Origin: the human T2T-CHM13v2.0 reference genome, Homo sapiens
NCBI RefSeq assembly: GCF_009914755.1
Contig: NC_060941.1
Reading direction: 5' to 3' (one strand)
DNA length: 64,000 bases
Positions 27,752 through 40,480 of the stretch are shown piece after piece; positions within the stretch are counted from its first letter, which is position 1; every line of letters begins with the position of its first letter. Below the pieces are notes generated by a model. It was not told where the DNA came from, ran no database searches, and saw only the letters and a list, made by a program, of their open reading frames with translations. The translations under genes and the position numbers were made by a program.

Positions 27752-27946
27752 TCCAAATTTCCTTTCCCAGATGGAGTCTTTTATACATTTGCATTTTTTC
27801 AGAAGCTAAATGAAGATATTCAAGTTGAAATAGTAAAGGGGCAGTAGTCACAGAATACTGCCCAACTGACCTCTCCTTTGCCCTTTTCTGAGTGACTCTA
27901 AGACACTGCTGCCTCCACACTGAGCTTATAAACCACTACTAGGCTG

Positions 27947-28084
27947 GGCTGGGCATGGTGGCTCATGCCTGTAATCCCAGCACTTTGGGAGGATGAGGTG
28001 GGAAGATTGTTTGAGCCCAGGAGTTTGAAACCAGCCTGGGCAGTGTAGCAAGAACCTGTCTCAAAATATATAAATAAATAAATA
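27947..28084 (+). mobile_element. FLAM_C / free left Alu monomer
   Basis: ttgagcccaggagtttgaaaccagcctgggc followed directly by an A-rich tail. Confidence 0.85.
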
Positions 28085-28389
28085 GGCACATCCCAAAACA
28101 CTAGACTGGATGTCTATCCAGCTGATGAAAATCCCCAACCTCCAAAGTACAGAGGCAGCAGAATTGTTCTGATCCCCGATAGCCCACTAAGCATTCAAGT
28201 CTTTCTGTAGAATCAGATGTGAAATCAATATTCACAAAATAAATTTTATTAGAGCATTACTAACCACCAACTACATACAAACTAGATATAATGTACACTG
28301 TATATACTATGTATATATACATATATATAATGGACTGTTTTATAAGCACCATTTTTGTTTTGTTCTTTAAGAGACTAATAGTGGGATTC

Positions 28390-28580
28390 TTATTCCTAAA
28401 CTCTATCTTTGTCACTGTATGGCTTTAGGCAAATTAGTTGTACTTCTCAACCTCATTTTCCTCATCTGTAAAAGATAGGAAGCCTATCCACTTCTGTTAT
28501 TTTTAGGGTTGAAGGAGATAATGAATGGGGAAAAGTAAGCACAATGCCTGGCACATGGTAGATACTCAAAGAACGTTATC
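28390..28580 (+). mobile_element. MIR SINE
   Basis: cctcattttcctcatctgtaaaa...gcacaatgcctggcacatggtagatactcaa. Confidence 0.8.
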
Positions 28581-29493
28581 TGAATAAATAAAATATATAA
28601 GAAGCTGCTAATGCCATCCCAAAGTTTACCATCTACCAGTAAAAATTCATACCAGTATAGAAACTTATACCAACATAAACCAATTTTGTCAAGGTCTTTG
28701 TGGTAGAAGTCAGTTGATTCCTAGGATGAGAGTCAATGGGTCTTACAGGATACTTCTTCCACCTCTTTAAGGTCAGGTGGTCTGTTACCTTAAAAGTAAT
28801 CAGACCGAATTTTTCCATACATCCCAATCGTTGATTGTTAACAAGTGAGCTCATGCTGCCATCCAACCTGTTCTTGTAAACTCTGTGGTATTCCAGTTCT
28901 CTTTTTTTAGGCATTATTACGTGTGCAGTGTTTTAAGGTTCCCCTAAGGAAGATGATAACAATATTTCTGTAAAAGAATTCATCTAGCCTTCTAATATGA
29001 TTGAAAAATTCCTTATTAAGTCATGGGCCATAGGATCCACTTGACTCGCAAGAATCATAGTCCCTCTTTAAGCAAAAGCAGTGCCAGTCCACACCCTTGG
29101 CCATTAGTTCTCATTTCACCCATAAAAAGTTTCTTTGTAATATCCTTTAGGCTACTTAGTGAACCCTCTAATGTTTATGTAGGTTAGTTACATAATTGAA
29201 GCCTTTTTAATGTTGTCTATAGAAAGAGCACTCATATTAGTACTTTTCACATGTTAATAGCTCCTAGGACCTACATTGCAAATTAGAGTGCTTCACATGT
29301 TAACTAGGTGGCCTTAAGATATTAAGACAATACATAATTGACATCATTGTATTGCAAGTTACAAACAGTAAAGCAGATACATGAAAACCTTTATAGGTTG
29401 CCTAATGTGACAGAAGTCTAAAATTTAGAGAAAGCCTTGAGGTTATGCTAATATGTCTTAAATATCTACAGACCGTTCCTCGGAAAACTACCC

Positions 29494-29858
29494 TGTATTA
29501 GTCCATTCTCATGCCACTGTGAAAAAATGCTGAAGATTAAGTAATTTATGAAGAAAAGAGGTTTAATTGACTCATAGTTCTGCATGGCTAGGGAGGCCTC
29601 AGGAAACTTAACAGTCATGGTGGAAGGCACCTCTTCACAGGGTGGCAGGAGAGAGAATGAGTGCAAGCAGGGGAAATGCCAGGTATTTATAAAACCATCA
29701 TATCTCATGAGAACTCACTCACTATCATGAGAACAGCTTCAAGGAAACCACCCCCATGATCCAGTCGCTTCCCACTAGGTCCCTCCCACCACATACGGGG
29801 ATTATGGGAACTACAATTCAAGATGAGATTTGGGTGGGGACACAGCCAAACCGTATGA
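29494..29858 (-). mobile_element. THE1D/MSTA-type 3' LTR of a provirus
   Basis: tgtattagtccattctc...ggaaggcacctcttcacagggtggcagg...cacagccaaaccgtatga; preceded by TSD TACCC at 29489-29493. Confidence 0.93.
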
Positions 29859-31410
29859 TTCCATCCCTGGACCCTCCCAAATCTCATGTCCTTGTATTTC
29901 AAAACAATCATGCCTTCCCAATAGTCCCCCGAGGTCTAAACTCATTCCAGCATTAACTCAAAAGTCCAAGTTCAAAGTTTCATCTGAGACAAGGCAAGTT
30001 CCTTCTGCCTATGAGCCTGTAATATCAAAAGTAAGTTAGTTATTTCCAAGATACAATGAGGACACAGGCATTGGGTAAATGCTCCTGTTCCAAAACAGAG
30101 ACATTGGCCAAAACAAAGCAGCTACAGGCCCAGTGCAAGCCCAGAATCCAGTAAGGCAGTCATTAAATATTAAAGCTCTGACATAATCTCCTTTGACTCC
30201 ATGTCTCACATCCAGGAAATGCTAATGCAAAGGGTGGGCTCCCACAGCCTTGGGCAGCTCCACCTCTGTGGCTTTGCAGGCTATAGCCACTCTCCAACCA
30301 CCAACCCCCAGTGTTGGCTGCTTTCATGGGCTGATGTTGAGTATCTGTGGCTTTTCCAGGCACATGGTGCAAGCTGTTGGTGGATCTACCATTCTGGGGT
30401 CTGGAGGATAGTGGCCCTCTTCTCATAGCTCCATTAAGCAGTGCCCAAGTGGGGACTCTGTGTGGGGGCTCCAACCTCACATTTCTCTTCTGCACTGCCC
30501 TAGCAGAGGTTCTCCATGAGAGCTCTGCCCCTGTAGCACACTTCTGCCTGGACATCCAGGCATTTTCATACATCCTCTGAAATCTAGGTGGAGGTTTCCA
30601 GACCTCAAATTCTTGACTTCTGTGCACCCACAGGCTCAACACCACATGGAAGCTGCCAAGGCTTGGGGTTTGCACTCTTGAAGCAATAGCCTGAGACGTA
30701 CCTTGGCCCCTTTTAGCCATGGCTAGAGCAGCTGGGACACAGGACACCAAGTCCTGAGTCTGCACACAGCAAGGGGGCCCTGGACCTGGAAGGGGAAACC
30801 ATTTGTCCCTACTAGGCATCTGGGCCTGTGAAGGGAGGGGCTGCTGTAAAGGTCTCTAACGTGCCCTGCAGACATTTTCCACATCGTCTTGGTGATTAAC
30901 ATTTGGCTCCTTGTTACCTATACAAATTTCTGCAGCATGCTTGAATTTTTCCCCAGAAAATAGGTTGTTGTTTTTTTTCTATTGCATCGTTGGGTTGCAA
31001 ATTTTCTAAACTTTTATGCTCTGTCACCTCTTGAATGCTTTGCTACTTAGAAATTTCTTCTGTCAGATGCTCTCAGTCATCTCTCTCAAGTTCAAATTTC
31101 CACGGATCTCTAGGAGAAGGGAACAAAGCCTCCAGTGTCTTTGCTAAAGCATAGCAAGAGTGACCTTCACTCCATTTCCCAACAAGTTTCTCATTTCCAT
31201 CTGAGACCACCTCAGCCTGGACTTCATTGTCCATATCACTATTGGCATTTTGGTCAAAACCATTCAATCAGTCTCTAAGAACTTCCAAACTTCTTGTCTT
31301 CTTTTGAGCCATCCAAACTGCTCTAACCTCTGCCTGTTACCCAGTTCCAAAGTCACTTCCACATTTTTGGATATCTTTGTAGCAGCACCCCAATCCTGGT
31401 ACCAATTTAC
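29859..31410 (-). mobile_element. THE1/MST internal region (MaLR-int), non-coding decayed
   Basis: cctcccaaatctcatgtcc...catctgagacaaggcaagt...ctggtaccaatttac; explains ORFs such as 30163..30819. Confidence 0.93.
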
Positions 31411-31455
31411 TATATTGTACATATCACGTACAATATGTACATATCACACATATCA
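31411..31455 (-). mobile_element. Collapsed 5' LTR remnant (termini plus filler)
   Basis: tatatt...catatca followed by TSD TACCC at 31456-31460. Confidence 0.8.
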
Positions 31456-31594
31456 TACCCTATACCTTATCCTCCAAGGAAGAGTGAGCCTAAACATGAG
31501 TGTTTTGAAATCTCTATGGAGTCACACTTGATTAGATGAGGAATGGATAATGGATATTTGGCAGCAGCTTATCTGCTGATCTGCTAGTTAGCCC

Positions 31595-31805
31595 AGTATT
31601 TCTATATTACCATATTATTGACATTTGGGGCAAGATAACACTTCATTGTGTGCGACAATCTCATATATTATGGGACAGATGGTATCTGCTTTCCACCACA
31701 GACCATGTTCCCTTCTCCAGTCATCTCGACAATCAAAAAAACCACTCACAAATGTTCAAATATTTCTGAGTGGGAAGAAGTGCTACCATCAGTTGAGAAT
31801 CACAA
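31595..31805 (-). mobile_element. Diverged MER20-like hAT element
   Basis: tattgacatttggggcaagataa...gacaatcaaaaa...cagttgagaatcac. Confidence 0.6.
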
Positions 31806-31934
31806 GCCTAGCTAATAAAATGGCTATCACAATAACATTAACTGGAAAATTCAGTTCCTAGGCCTTAGGGAAATTATAAACAAGTCCCCTCCACTCCCAC
31901 CCCATTCCTAATACTCCCTCCAATTTTTGTCAGG

Positions 31935-32390
31935 TCTGGGATAAGAATAAAAACAGAAGCTAAAATATCATATACCTAAATATTTAAAAATTATATATCA
32001 AGCCAATAAGCTGGATAATAAAATATGGTCTACCTTCCAAATTTGACAAATATATCTTGTAAGGTCCTGGAAGGCCAGGTTAAAATGTAAGATTCTAAGA
32101 ATCCTTGCCCTCTCCTACCACAGTGATGCTGCGTGGGGAAAAGTAGGCATTGCTCCTGGCTTGAGACAAACTCCCTCTTCTCTTTTTGTCCTGTCTCTTT
32201 CCCATATGACTAAGGAGACCTTGTACTCATGCATGTGGAAATCAGCTCACATATCCAGTCTCTATATTTTCACAAACAGCTGCCCCTTGAGTGGTTCCCT
32301 GGAAGGCCTGGAAGAAGGTTCTGGGTCATCAGAAGAGGGACTTCCAGGGACCCTTGTTTTTCAGAATATGGTCTAGGGAGGGCAGAGTGC
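31935..32390. mobile_element. MER115-like hAT-Tip100 fragment
   Basis: ctaaatatttaaaaattatatatcaagc...ttgacaaatata...cctggaaggccaggtt...caaacagctgccccttg. Confidence 0.6.
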
Positions 32391-34495
32391 AATGTTTGCT
32401 CTACTTTGCAGATGCCTTGCCTTATGGAGAATGGTATGGTCAGAGAAAGGCCAGAAGAGGTTTTCTAAAATGTTTTGTTCCAGAAAGAGTCCCATCTTTC
32501 TAACTCTAGGGATGGAACCAATTTTAAGCTATTGTAGAGATGGAGCATAAACTATGAATGCACAGAAACTGGTAGGTAGAAAAGAGAGGTATGCAATATA
32601 AAGGAAAGAATAAATTGGTTGAGTGTGAAAAGGGAAGAGTGAAATGCCACAGAGTAGTGGAAAAAAGCAATCAAGAAGCTGCACAAAATCATGTTACTTA
32701 AGTATCTAGAGTTTCCTGGGACTCTGCATGGATCTCTCATTCCTGTGTCTTCTTGGGGCCATGCCTACATCACTGGCTTTTTGTGTTTTCCTGTGTCCTC
32801 ATGCCTATGTATACTTAGGGTAAACCTCAATTATTGGAAGTAACTTGAACTAGTGTGTTGTTACAGATAAAACAACCTAAATAAATCAGGAGCACTTAGA
32901 AGACACTAAATACTCTGGAAGGGGACATCATGTGAGGTGAGTCTAAGATAGGCAGCCCTGGTTAGGAAACTATATGAGCAAATAAGCCAGTGAAAGTTGG
33001 GGTGAAGGGGTAGAGAGAAGAAGAGTGGGTATCCTCTTTTAGAGATTAAGACAATGGTGGCTGACTTAAATGGTTCGCTTCCTGTAAGACTTGAACTCTA
33101 TCCTCCCATAAAACTCATAGAACTCCTAACCTCCTATAGCCCAGCTAGGCCATGGCCTACCTGAGCACCATGGACAAGCAGGAGAACTCAGCACCAGAAT
33201 TCACAGCATTGCTTTTCTGGAGAACCAGTCTCAGTTTCCCAAAATGGAGTTTAGAAGCTCACATTTGGGAAAAAAAAAAAAAAAAAAACAATAAGATTAT
33301 GGATATTTACCTAGACTACTGTATTTTTTATTTGCAATTTTAGACAAAATGTTAACATCTTTAATCATAAATTAACTCTTTGGAAATCAGTACAAGGAGA
33401 CTAACATTACAAGGGAAGTGAAAATAAAAGGAACAGAGGAAAACGGAATGGCACAAATGAGTTATAAGGCTATATGAAGATGATATACTTAACATTAATA
33501 GCTGAGAAAGCAATTTCAATATAAATTACATTATCAATCCTTACAAATACTGATATCTGATGTTTGCACAGCTTTAGGAAATGAATTATTCTCAAATACT
33601 GGGGAAACTTACTCTAGTCATGGGGAGTTTACTCAAAAATGTAGATTTTTGCATAAACTTGGCCTTCGCAGTTCCAAATTATAGGAATCACTCCAACAAA
33701 GTAGTTAGACATACAATCACACACATACACATACATGTTTACTACACAGAAAATGTGTAAGTAATATATCATCCCCCGAGAAACTACTTATGTCTCAACT
33801 GGTTTATAAAATAACAGACGGGGGTGGGGGGAGAAATAGAAAAAAGGCACGTAAGTAAAAATACTACATTTCACAAAATTCTGTGTCTTTTTAATTCTTA
33901 TGAAACATTTTTAATGAATCAGTTTTATATTTACCCTATTGTTTTGAAGATATTTTTCAGAAATGTGTACATATGCGAGTGTATGTGGGTGAGTGTAGGT
34001 GTTAACAGTATAGAAGCCTTGCACATTATTTATTGTTTTTATTCATAGATCTGTATTTTCAGCCCCTGAGGACAATAAACATCACAGTGTTGACATTTGC
34101 TTTGTTAATGTTAATTCCAGTACACTGGTGATGATCGCAGAAAGATATGATCCTGGGCCTTGAAGAGCTGACAATCTAAGTCAACTCACAGAATTTTACG
34201 TAAGTACCCACCATGGTGTATACTCTCAATGGAAAATTTTCAAGTAAAATTTGGACCTATTGTTATTTGTATAGCATATATTATAAGTGTAGTTTTTCTT
34301 TTGATGCTGCTGCAACTCTTGTTTTCCTTCCATCCTGTTATCATGTTTCCATGAGCTGTTGAGTGACTTCTAGATCCCATTATACAAAATTCAATCCAAA
34401 AGATATTTACTGGATACCAGTAATGGACAGGGCATTATGCAATATTATACAGCTAAGACAAAAACATGAGTATATCCCAATAAGTTAAGAACACG

Positions 34496-34792
34496 GGCCG
34501 GGTGCAGTGGCTCACGCCTGTAATCCCAGCACTTTGGGAGGCCAAGGTGGGCGGATCATGAGGTCAGGAGTTTGAGCCAGCCTGGCCAACATGGCGAAAC
34601 CCCGTCCCTACTGAAAATACAAAAATTAGCCGGGCATGGTAGCAGGCGCCTGTAATCCCAGCTACTCAGGAGGCTGAGGCAGGAAAATCACTTGAACCCA
34701 GAGGGTGGAGGTTGCAGTGAGCCAAGACTGTGCCATTGCACTCCAACCTGGGCGACAAGAGCAAGACCCTGTCTAAAAAAAAAAAAAAAAAA
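34496..34792 (+). mobile_element. AluS, first of a tandem pair
   Basis: Full dimer with A tail; preceded by aagaacacg. Confidence 0.97.
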
Positions 34793-34796
34793 GACA

Positions 34797-35096
<300 letters not shown>

Positions 35097-35252
35097 GAAC
35101 ATAAGATCTGGAGTAAGCCTCTGTAGGTCTAATCCCAGCAATGCCACTTGTTTGCTGTGTGCCTATGCACAAGTTATTCAGCCGCCCTATGGCACTGTTT
35201 CCAAATGTCTGGAAATAAGGATAATGATAGAAACTTCCTCTCAGAGTTGTAA
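35097..35252 (+). mobile_element. MIR interrupted at its 5' end by the Alu pair
   Basis: gttaagaacac | agatctggag...aatcccagcaatgccacttg...caagttattca...cctctcagagttgtaag. Confidence 0.7.
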
Positions 35253-35994
35253 GTCATGCTCCCTAAATCTGCCTCATCATGAACAACAATGACACCTTGG
35301 CAATGGAAGTCTTGTGTTCCACCCCAGCCATTCCAAATTAGCATTTTCAAGAGGAAGGCCTAGAAAGCTTATTCTTGGGATTAGACAAGTATGGAACACA
35401 TGGAGATCCTGCATGTAAAAGTGCTCATCAATGTGATGGTCTGCAGAAAATTTCAACAATTTGTAGTGGTAGATTTCTTTGCCAAAAGAGCATAGCAGTT
35501 TAGTATTAATATAGTGGCTATGCATCTAGTCACCACAAAGGCATGCAAAGAAAGAGGAGAGAGTTTAAACATGAAAACAATAATTTATCTTTTGGATAAA
35601 AAGAAAATTATTAAGGAAGAAGACATTGAAGATGGTCTTGCAGTTTGATGAAATATCTCTATGAAGATTTGCAGAGGCAGAAAAGTTCCAGAGAGAGAAG
35701 TGACTTGTACAGTGTAGAGGATACAGCATAGCAGAAAGTGTATGTCAGCAAAGACAAGGAGTTCAGCGTGGTAGGAGCATAGGAAATATATAACGTTCAG
35801 AATGCACCTAATTTTGGTCATAGGCTTTGTAAGCCCAAAATGCCAAATGCCTACTCCAGTGCCTTTTTGATATTCACAAACTCTTGCCTGATCAGTGATC
35901 ATGGGATGATACAGACGAACATTCTATTCAATCATCACGCTGATGTCAGTGATAGGAACAAGTTATGTAACTCAGATTTGTTGGTAATATTCCA

Positions 35995-36198
35995 ATATTT
36001 TCTTTCTCAACCTTGACACTATTGCAATTTGTCTAGAGGCTGACCTGCCCATTTTAAGATGTTTTTCAGTATCCTTTACCTCTGCTCATTAGATGTTGGT
36101 AGCACCCCTCACACAAATTGTGACAACCAAAAATGTCTTCAACCATTGCTAAATGCCCTCTGGGGTAAAAAAAAATCATCCCTGGTTGAAAACCACTG
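35995..36198 (-). mobile_element. MER20
   Basis: ttgtgacaaccaaaaatgtcttc...cattgctaaatgccc...ctggttgaaaaccactg. Confidence 0.8.
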
Positions 36199-36984
36199 AA
36201 ATACAAAATTCATTCTAGATATAATTTGAAGTGAAAATCTTAAGTGTTTTGCATATTGAAATTCAATTAGTCAGGTAAAGTATAATGTATACGTATGAAT
36301 AAAGTCATACATTAATTATTGTGATAGATATTAATATAATGTCCAAAAGCAGTTAAAAATGTTCAACTAGTTCAAAACTAACATATATATAATAAATTGA
36401 TATTTAATACAAATATTAAGAAAAAGCATAACTAGAAAATTGGGTAAAGCATAATTTTCTTATGGTGTTATCAAATATTCTATACATTAAATGATTACAG
36501 AAAAAACAATAGGAATTCTATCATATTGTAATTCTAAGGTACTTAGAATTGTTTGGTATCCTAACATTCATAACATCAGATAAATTTTCCTTTAATGTGC
36601 AATGAATTTATAGTGAATTAACTAAATTTAGGCCATAAACATGTAAAGAACCAAAAAAAAGTTGTTATATTTAAAATTATTTGAAATCTTATGAGAAAGA
36701 ACTAAAAGGAGATATCAATTTGTCACTAAAAATGTAATGCAAGGAAAAGCTAAACTTCAAAATGAAATATAAAAAAGAGAGAAAAAGCAAAACAAAATCC
36801 CCAAAACAAAAAGTAAATTACAATAATATTGATAATCATCTTTCATCTAGATATATTAATAGTTGAGAATTTAAAGAATGTTAAAAAAAGAAAGTGTTAG
36901 AGAAAAATTATATACCTGGACATCTAGACATATTTTGCTTCAACTACTTACTCAAACTTCAAAAGCACAGATTTACAATAATAA

Positions 36985-37324
<340 letters not shown>

Positions 37325-37370
37325 AGAGGTTCAATTTTTAAGTGAAAAAAAATGTTGAAACGGTGGCTTA

Positions 37371-37928
37371 CCATCTGACCTAGCAATCCCATTACTTGGT
37401 ACATATTCAAAGGAATGTAAATCATTCTGTTATAAAGATACACGCACATGTATGTTCATTGCAGCACTATTCACAATAGCAAAGACATGGAATCAACCCA
37501 TATGCACATCAATCAGATTGGATAAAGAAAATGTGGTACATATACACCATGGAATACCATGCAGCCATAAAAAGGCATGAGATCATGTCCTTTGAAGGGA
37601 CATGCATGGAGCTGGAAGCCATTATCCTCAGCAAACTAATGCAGGAACAGAAAACCAAACACCACATGTTCTCACTTATAAGTGTGAGCTGAACAATGAG
37701 AACACATAGATACAGGGAGGGGAACAACACACACTGGGGGCTATTGTGGGGAGTAGAGGAAGGGAGAGCATCAGCATAAATAGCTAATGCATGCGGGGCT
37801 TAATATGAAGGTGATGGGTTGATAGGTGCAGCAAACCACCATGGCACACGTTTACCTATGTAACAAACGTGCGCATCCTGCACATGTACCCCAGAAGTTT
37901 AAATTAAATTAAATTACATTTTAAAACA
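37371..37928 (+). mobile_element. 5'-truncated L1PA (about PA10-13): ORF2 C-terminus remnant and 3' UTR
   Basis: gcagcactattcacaatagcaaagacatggaatcaacc...aaaccaccatggcacacg; TSD gaaa(c/t)ggt(g/c)gctta at 37357-37370 and 37929-37942. Confidence 0.93.
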
Positions 37929-38173
37929 GAAATGGTCGCTTATAGATTGCCAGTAATTGAAGATAAAGGGGTTTTGACGGTTACATAAGTAATAAACTTG
38001 AAGAACAAAGTTATTTCAAGAAACATTTAAAATGTTGATAATTTTTTTGATAACAGACTTGTATTTCACTCTCTGTTATCAAGAAATTACCAAGATTTCA
38101 AATGTACCATTTGAACATGAAAATATGTTCATAATTACCCACATGTAGGTTAAACAAACAAACAGAAAAAAAC

Positions 38174-38294
38174 GGGTTGGACATAGTGCCTCATGCCTGT
38201 AATCCCAGCTACTCAGGAGGCTGAGGTGGGAGGATTGCTTGAGCCCAGGAGGTCGAGGCTACAGTAGACTGTGATACAGCCACTGCACTCCAGC
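38174..38294 (+). mobile_element. FAM/FRAM-like Alu monomer, 3'-truncated
   Basis: cccagctactcaggaggctgaggtgggaggattgcttgagcccaggaggtcgaggct. Confidence 0.8.
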
Positions 38295-38297
38295 TTT

Positions 38298-38341
<44 letters not shown>

Positions 38342-38430
38342 TATATGTGTGTGTGTAATATATAAAATATATATTTTAATATATAACATTTTAATATATA
38401 AAATATAAAATATTTTTAATATATAAATTT
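38298..38430. repeat. (TA)n(CA)n(TG)n microsatellite and AT-rich tract
   Basis: Direct reading. Confidence 0.95.
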
Positions 38431-38989
38431 TTTTTTAAAAATCTAGGGGCAGATATGAGAAATGACTTTTCCTACAATGTAATGTAGCCCACATACATTT
38501 GACAACTATGATTTTTAATGATAAAATAAGATATTAATGAAATTTTTTGGTACATTTTTATGTATGTCTTCATTTCCCAAAAGTCATTTCTGTGGCAGTG
38601 CTCTTTGACATCAGCTTCTATTTTGGATTTGGCCAAACATTGGTTGTAGGGCTAGACCATGGGCACTTGGCCAAAATGAATATTTAGTACATCTCTACAT
38701 ATATAGTGAAGTGTGAGAGAAGCTGATAATCCAGTTTAGAAGTTGTAATTCAGAGGGCCTCAAATGCCAAGAAGACGAGACAATGTTTAATTTAATTAGC
38801 AAAGAAAAATAAGTGAAGACACTTGCTCAATTCCACAACGAGCTAGAAGTTTTGCAATTTAAGTAAATATTTAGCATGTATTGTAGAAATAAAATGAATT
38901 GTAGATGTTCTGTCATTTTCCCCTGTGTTAATGTAATTCCCTTGATTTTAACATTGAACTAACTGTTGCTAATTTTGCTATCACTAAGG

Positions 38990-39190
38990 TAATAAGAACT
39001 TACATGTATTTAACAGTTACTGTATGCCAATATCCCTGAAAGGCATAATCACATTTAATCCTTGAAATGCTTTACAATGAATGAGCTGTAATTATTCTTA
39101 TTTTATATAACAGAAGAAATGGGTAAAGTTGCTCATAAGTAGGAAATCAAGGATTCGAATCCAGGGTCTGCACTCTTCCTTCTAGTGATA
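38990..39190 (-). mobile_element. MIR SINE
   Basis: ttactgtatgcca...cacatttaatcctt...ggattcgaatccagggtctg. Confidence 0.6.
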
Positions 39191-39322
39191 AATTGTTCAT
39201 GGGATGAGTTTAAAACCTAAATCAGATCTTTTTATAGTCACCAATCATTAAGCTAATATCACAAATACTTTTTCGCTTGTGTTTTATTACCATCATCCTA
39301 GATCCTAAATTGAGCTTTTTAA

Positions 39323-39648
39323 AGGGAGGGATGAGTAACACAAGAGATTTCTATGGTGGTGAAACTACCCTGTATGGTACTATAATGTGGATACGTCTTT
39401 AAAAATTTATCAAAACCCATAGAACCTACATCATCAAGAATGAACCCTAATGTAAACTACGGACTGAGTGATAATGATGCGTCAATGTAGGTTTATCAGT
39501 TGTAACAGATGTACTATCTGGTGGAGGATTTTGATAATGGGGGAGGCTGTGCATGTGTTGGGGGTGGGGGTAGGTGGGAAATCTCTGTGCCTTCTGCTTA
39601 ATTTTGTTATGAACCTAAAACTGCTCTAAAGAATAAAGCCTACTTTTT
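39323..39648 (+). mobile_element. L1MC1-like 3' end
   Basis: tcaaaacccatagaa...gaaccctaatgtaaactacggact...tgaacctaaaactgctctaaagaataaag. Confidence 0.85.
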
Positions 39649-40116
39649 AAGAAGCACTCACAATATTCTGGTAGATATTTTCTTTAGTGTTTCCTTCAGT
39701 GCAATGTAACTAATCCCTAACACATGAAAAAAAAAAAAAAAAAGCCTAAATAGAGAACACCCTTTCCATTTGATTCTTGATCTGAGCACAACTAGTGTGA
39801 CCTTGAAAGCAGCTCTTAGTCTTTCGGCAATTAAATGTGCATGTTATTTAATTTCCATTACATACATCGGAGATGAGTGTTTGCTTCTATTATATAATGT
39901 TCATCCTACAGATATGTTGTATATCCCAGATAGAATGCTTATTGTGTCAACCAACACAAAGCATATGTATAAGACATTCTGCTCATAAATTATTACCGAA
40001 GTGATCTCATGAATGTGAAGAGGTCTGCTCATGACGTGTGAGGTTTCCCAAAGTTATCTTTGATTAAGGACCAGATGTGCTGGGCTTAATGGAGAACGTT
40101 ATATAAAGACTGAACA

Positions 40117-40480
<364 letters not shown>

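Noticed and set aside
30163-30819. 218-aa ORF
   Set aside because: Lies wholly in the THE1/MST internal sequence; a typical repeat-derived open frame with no recognisable domain
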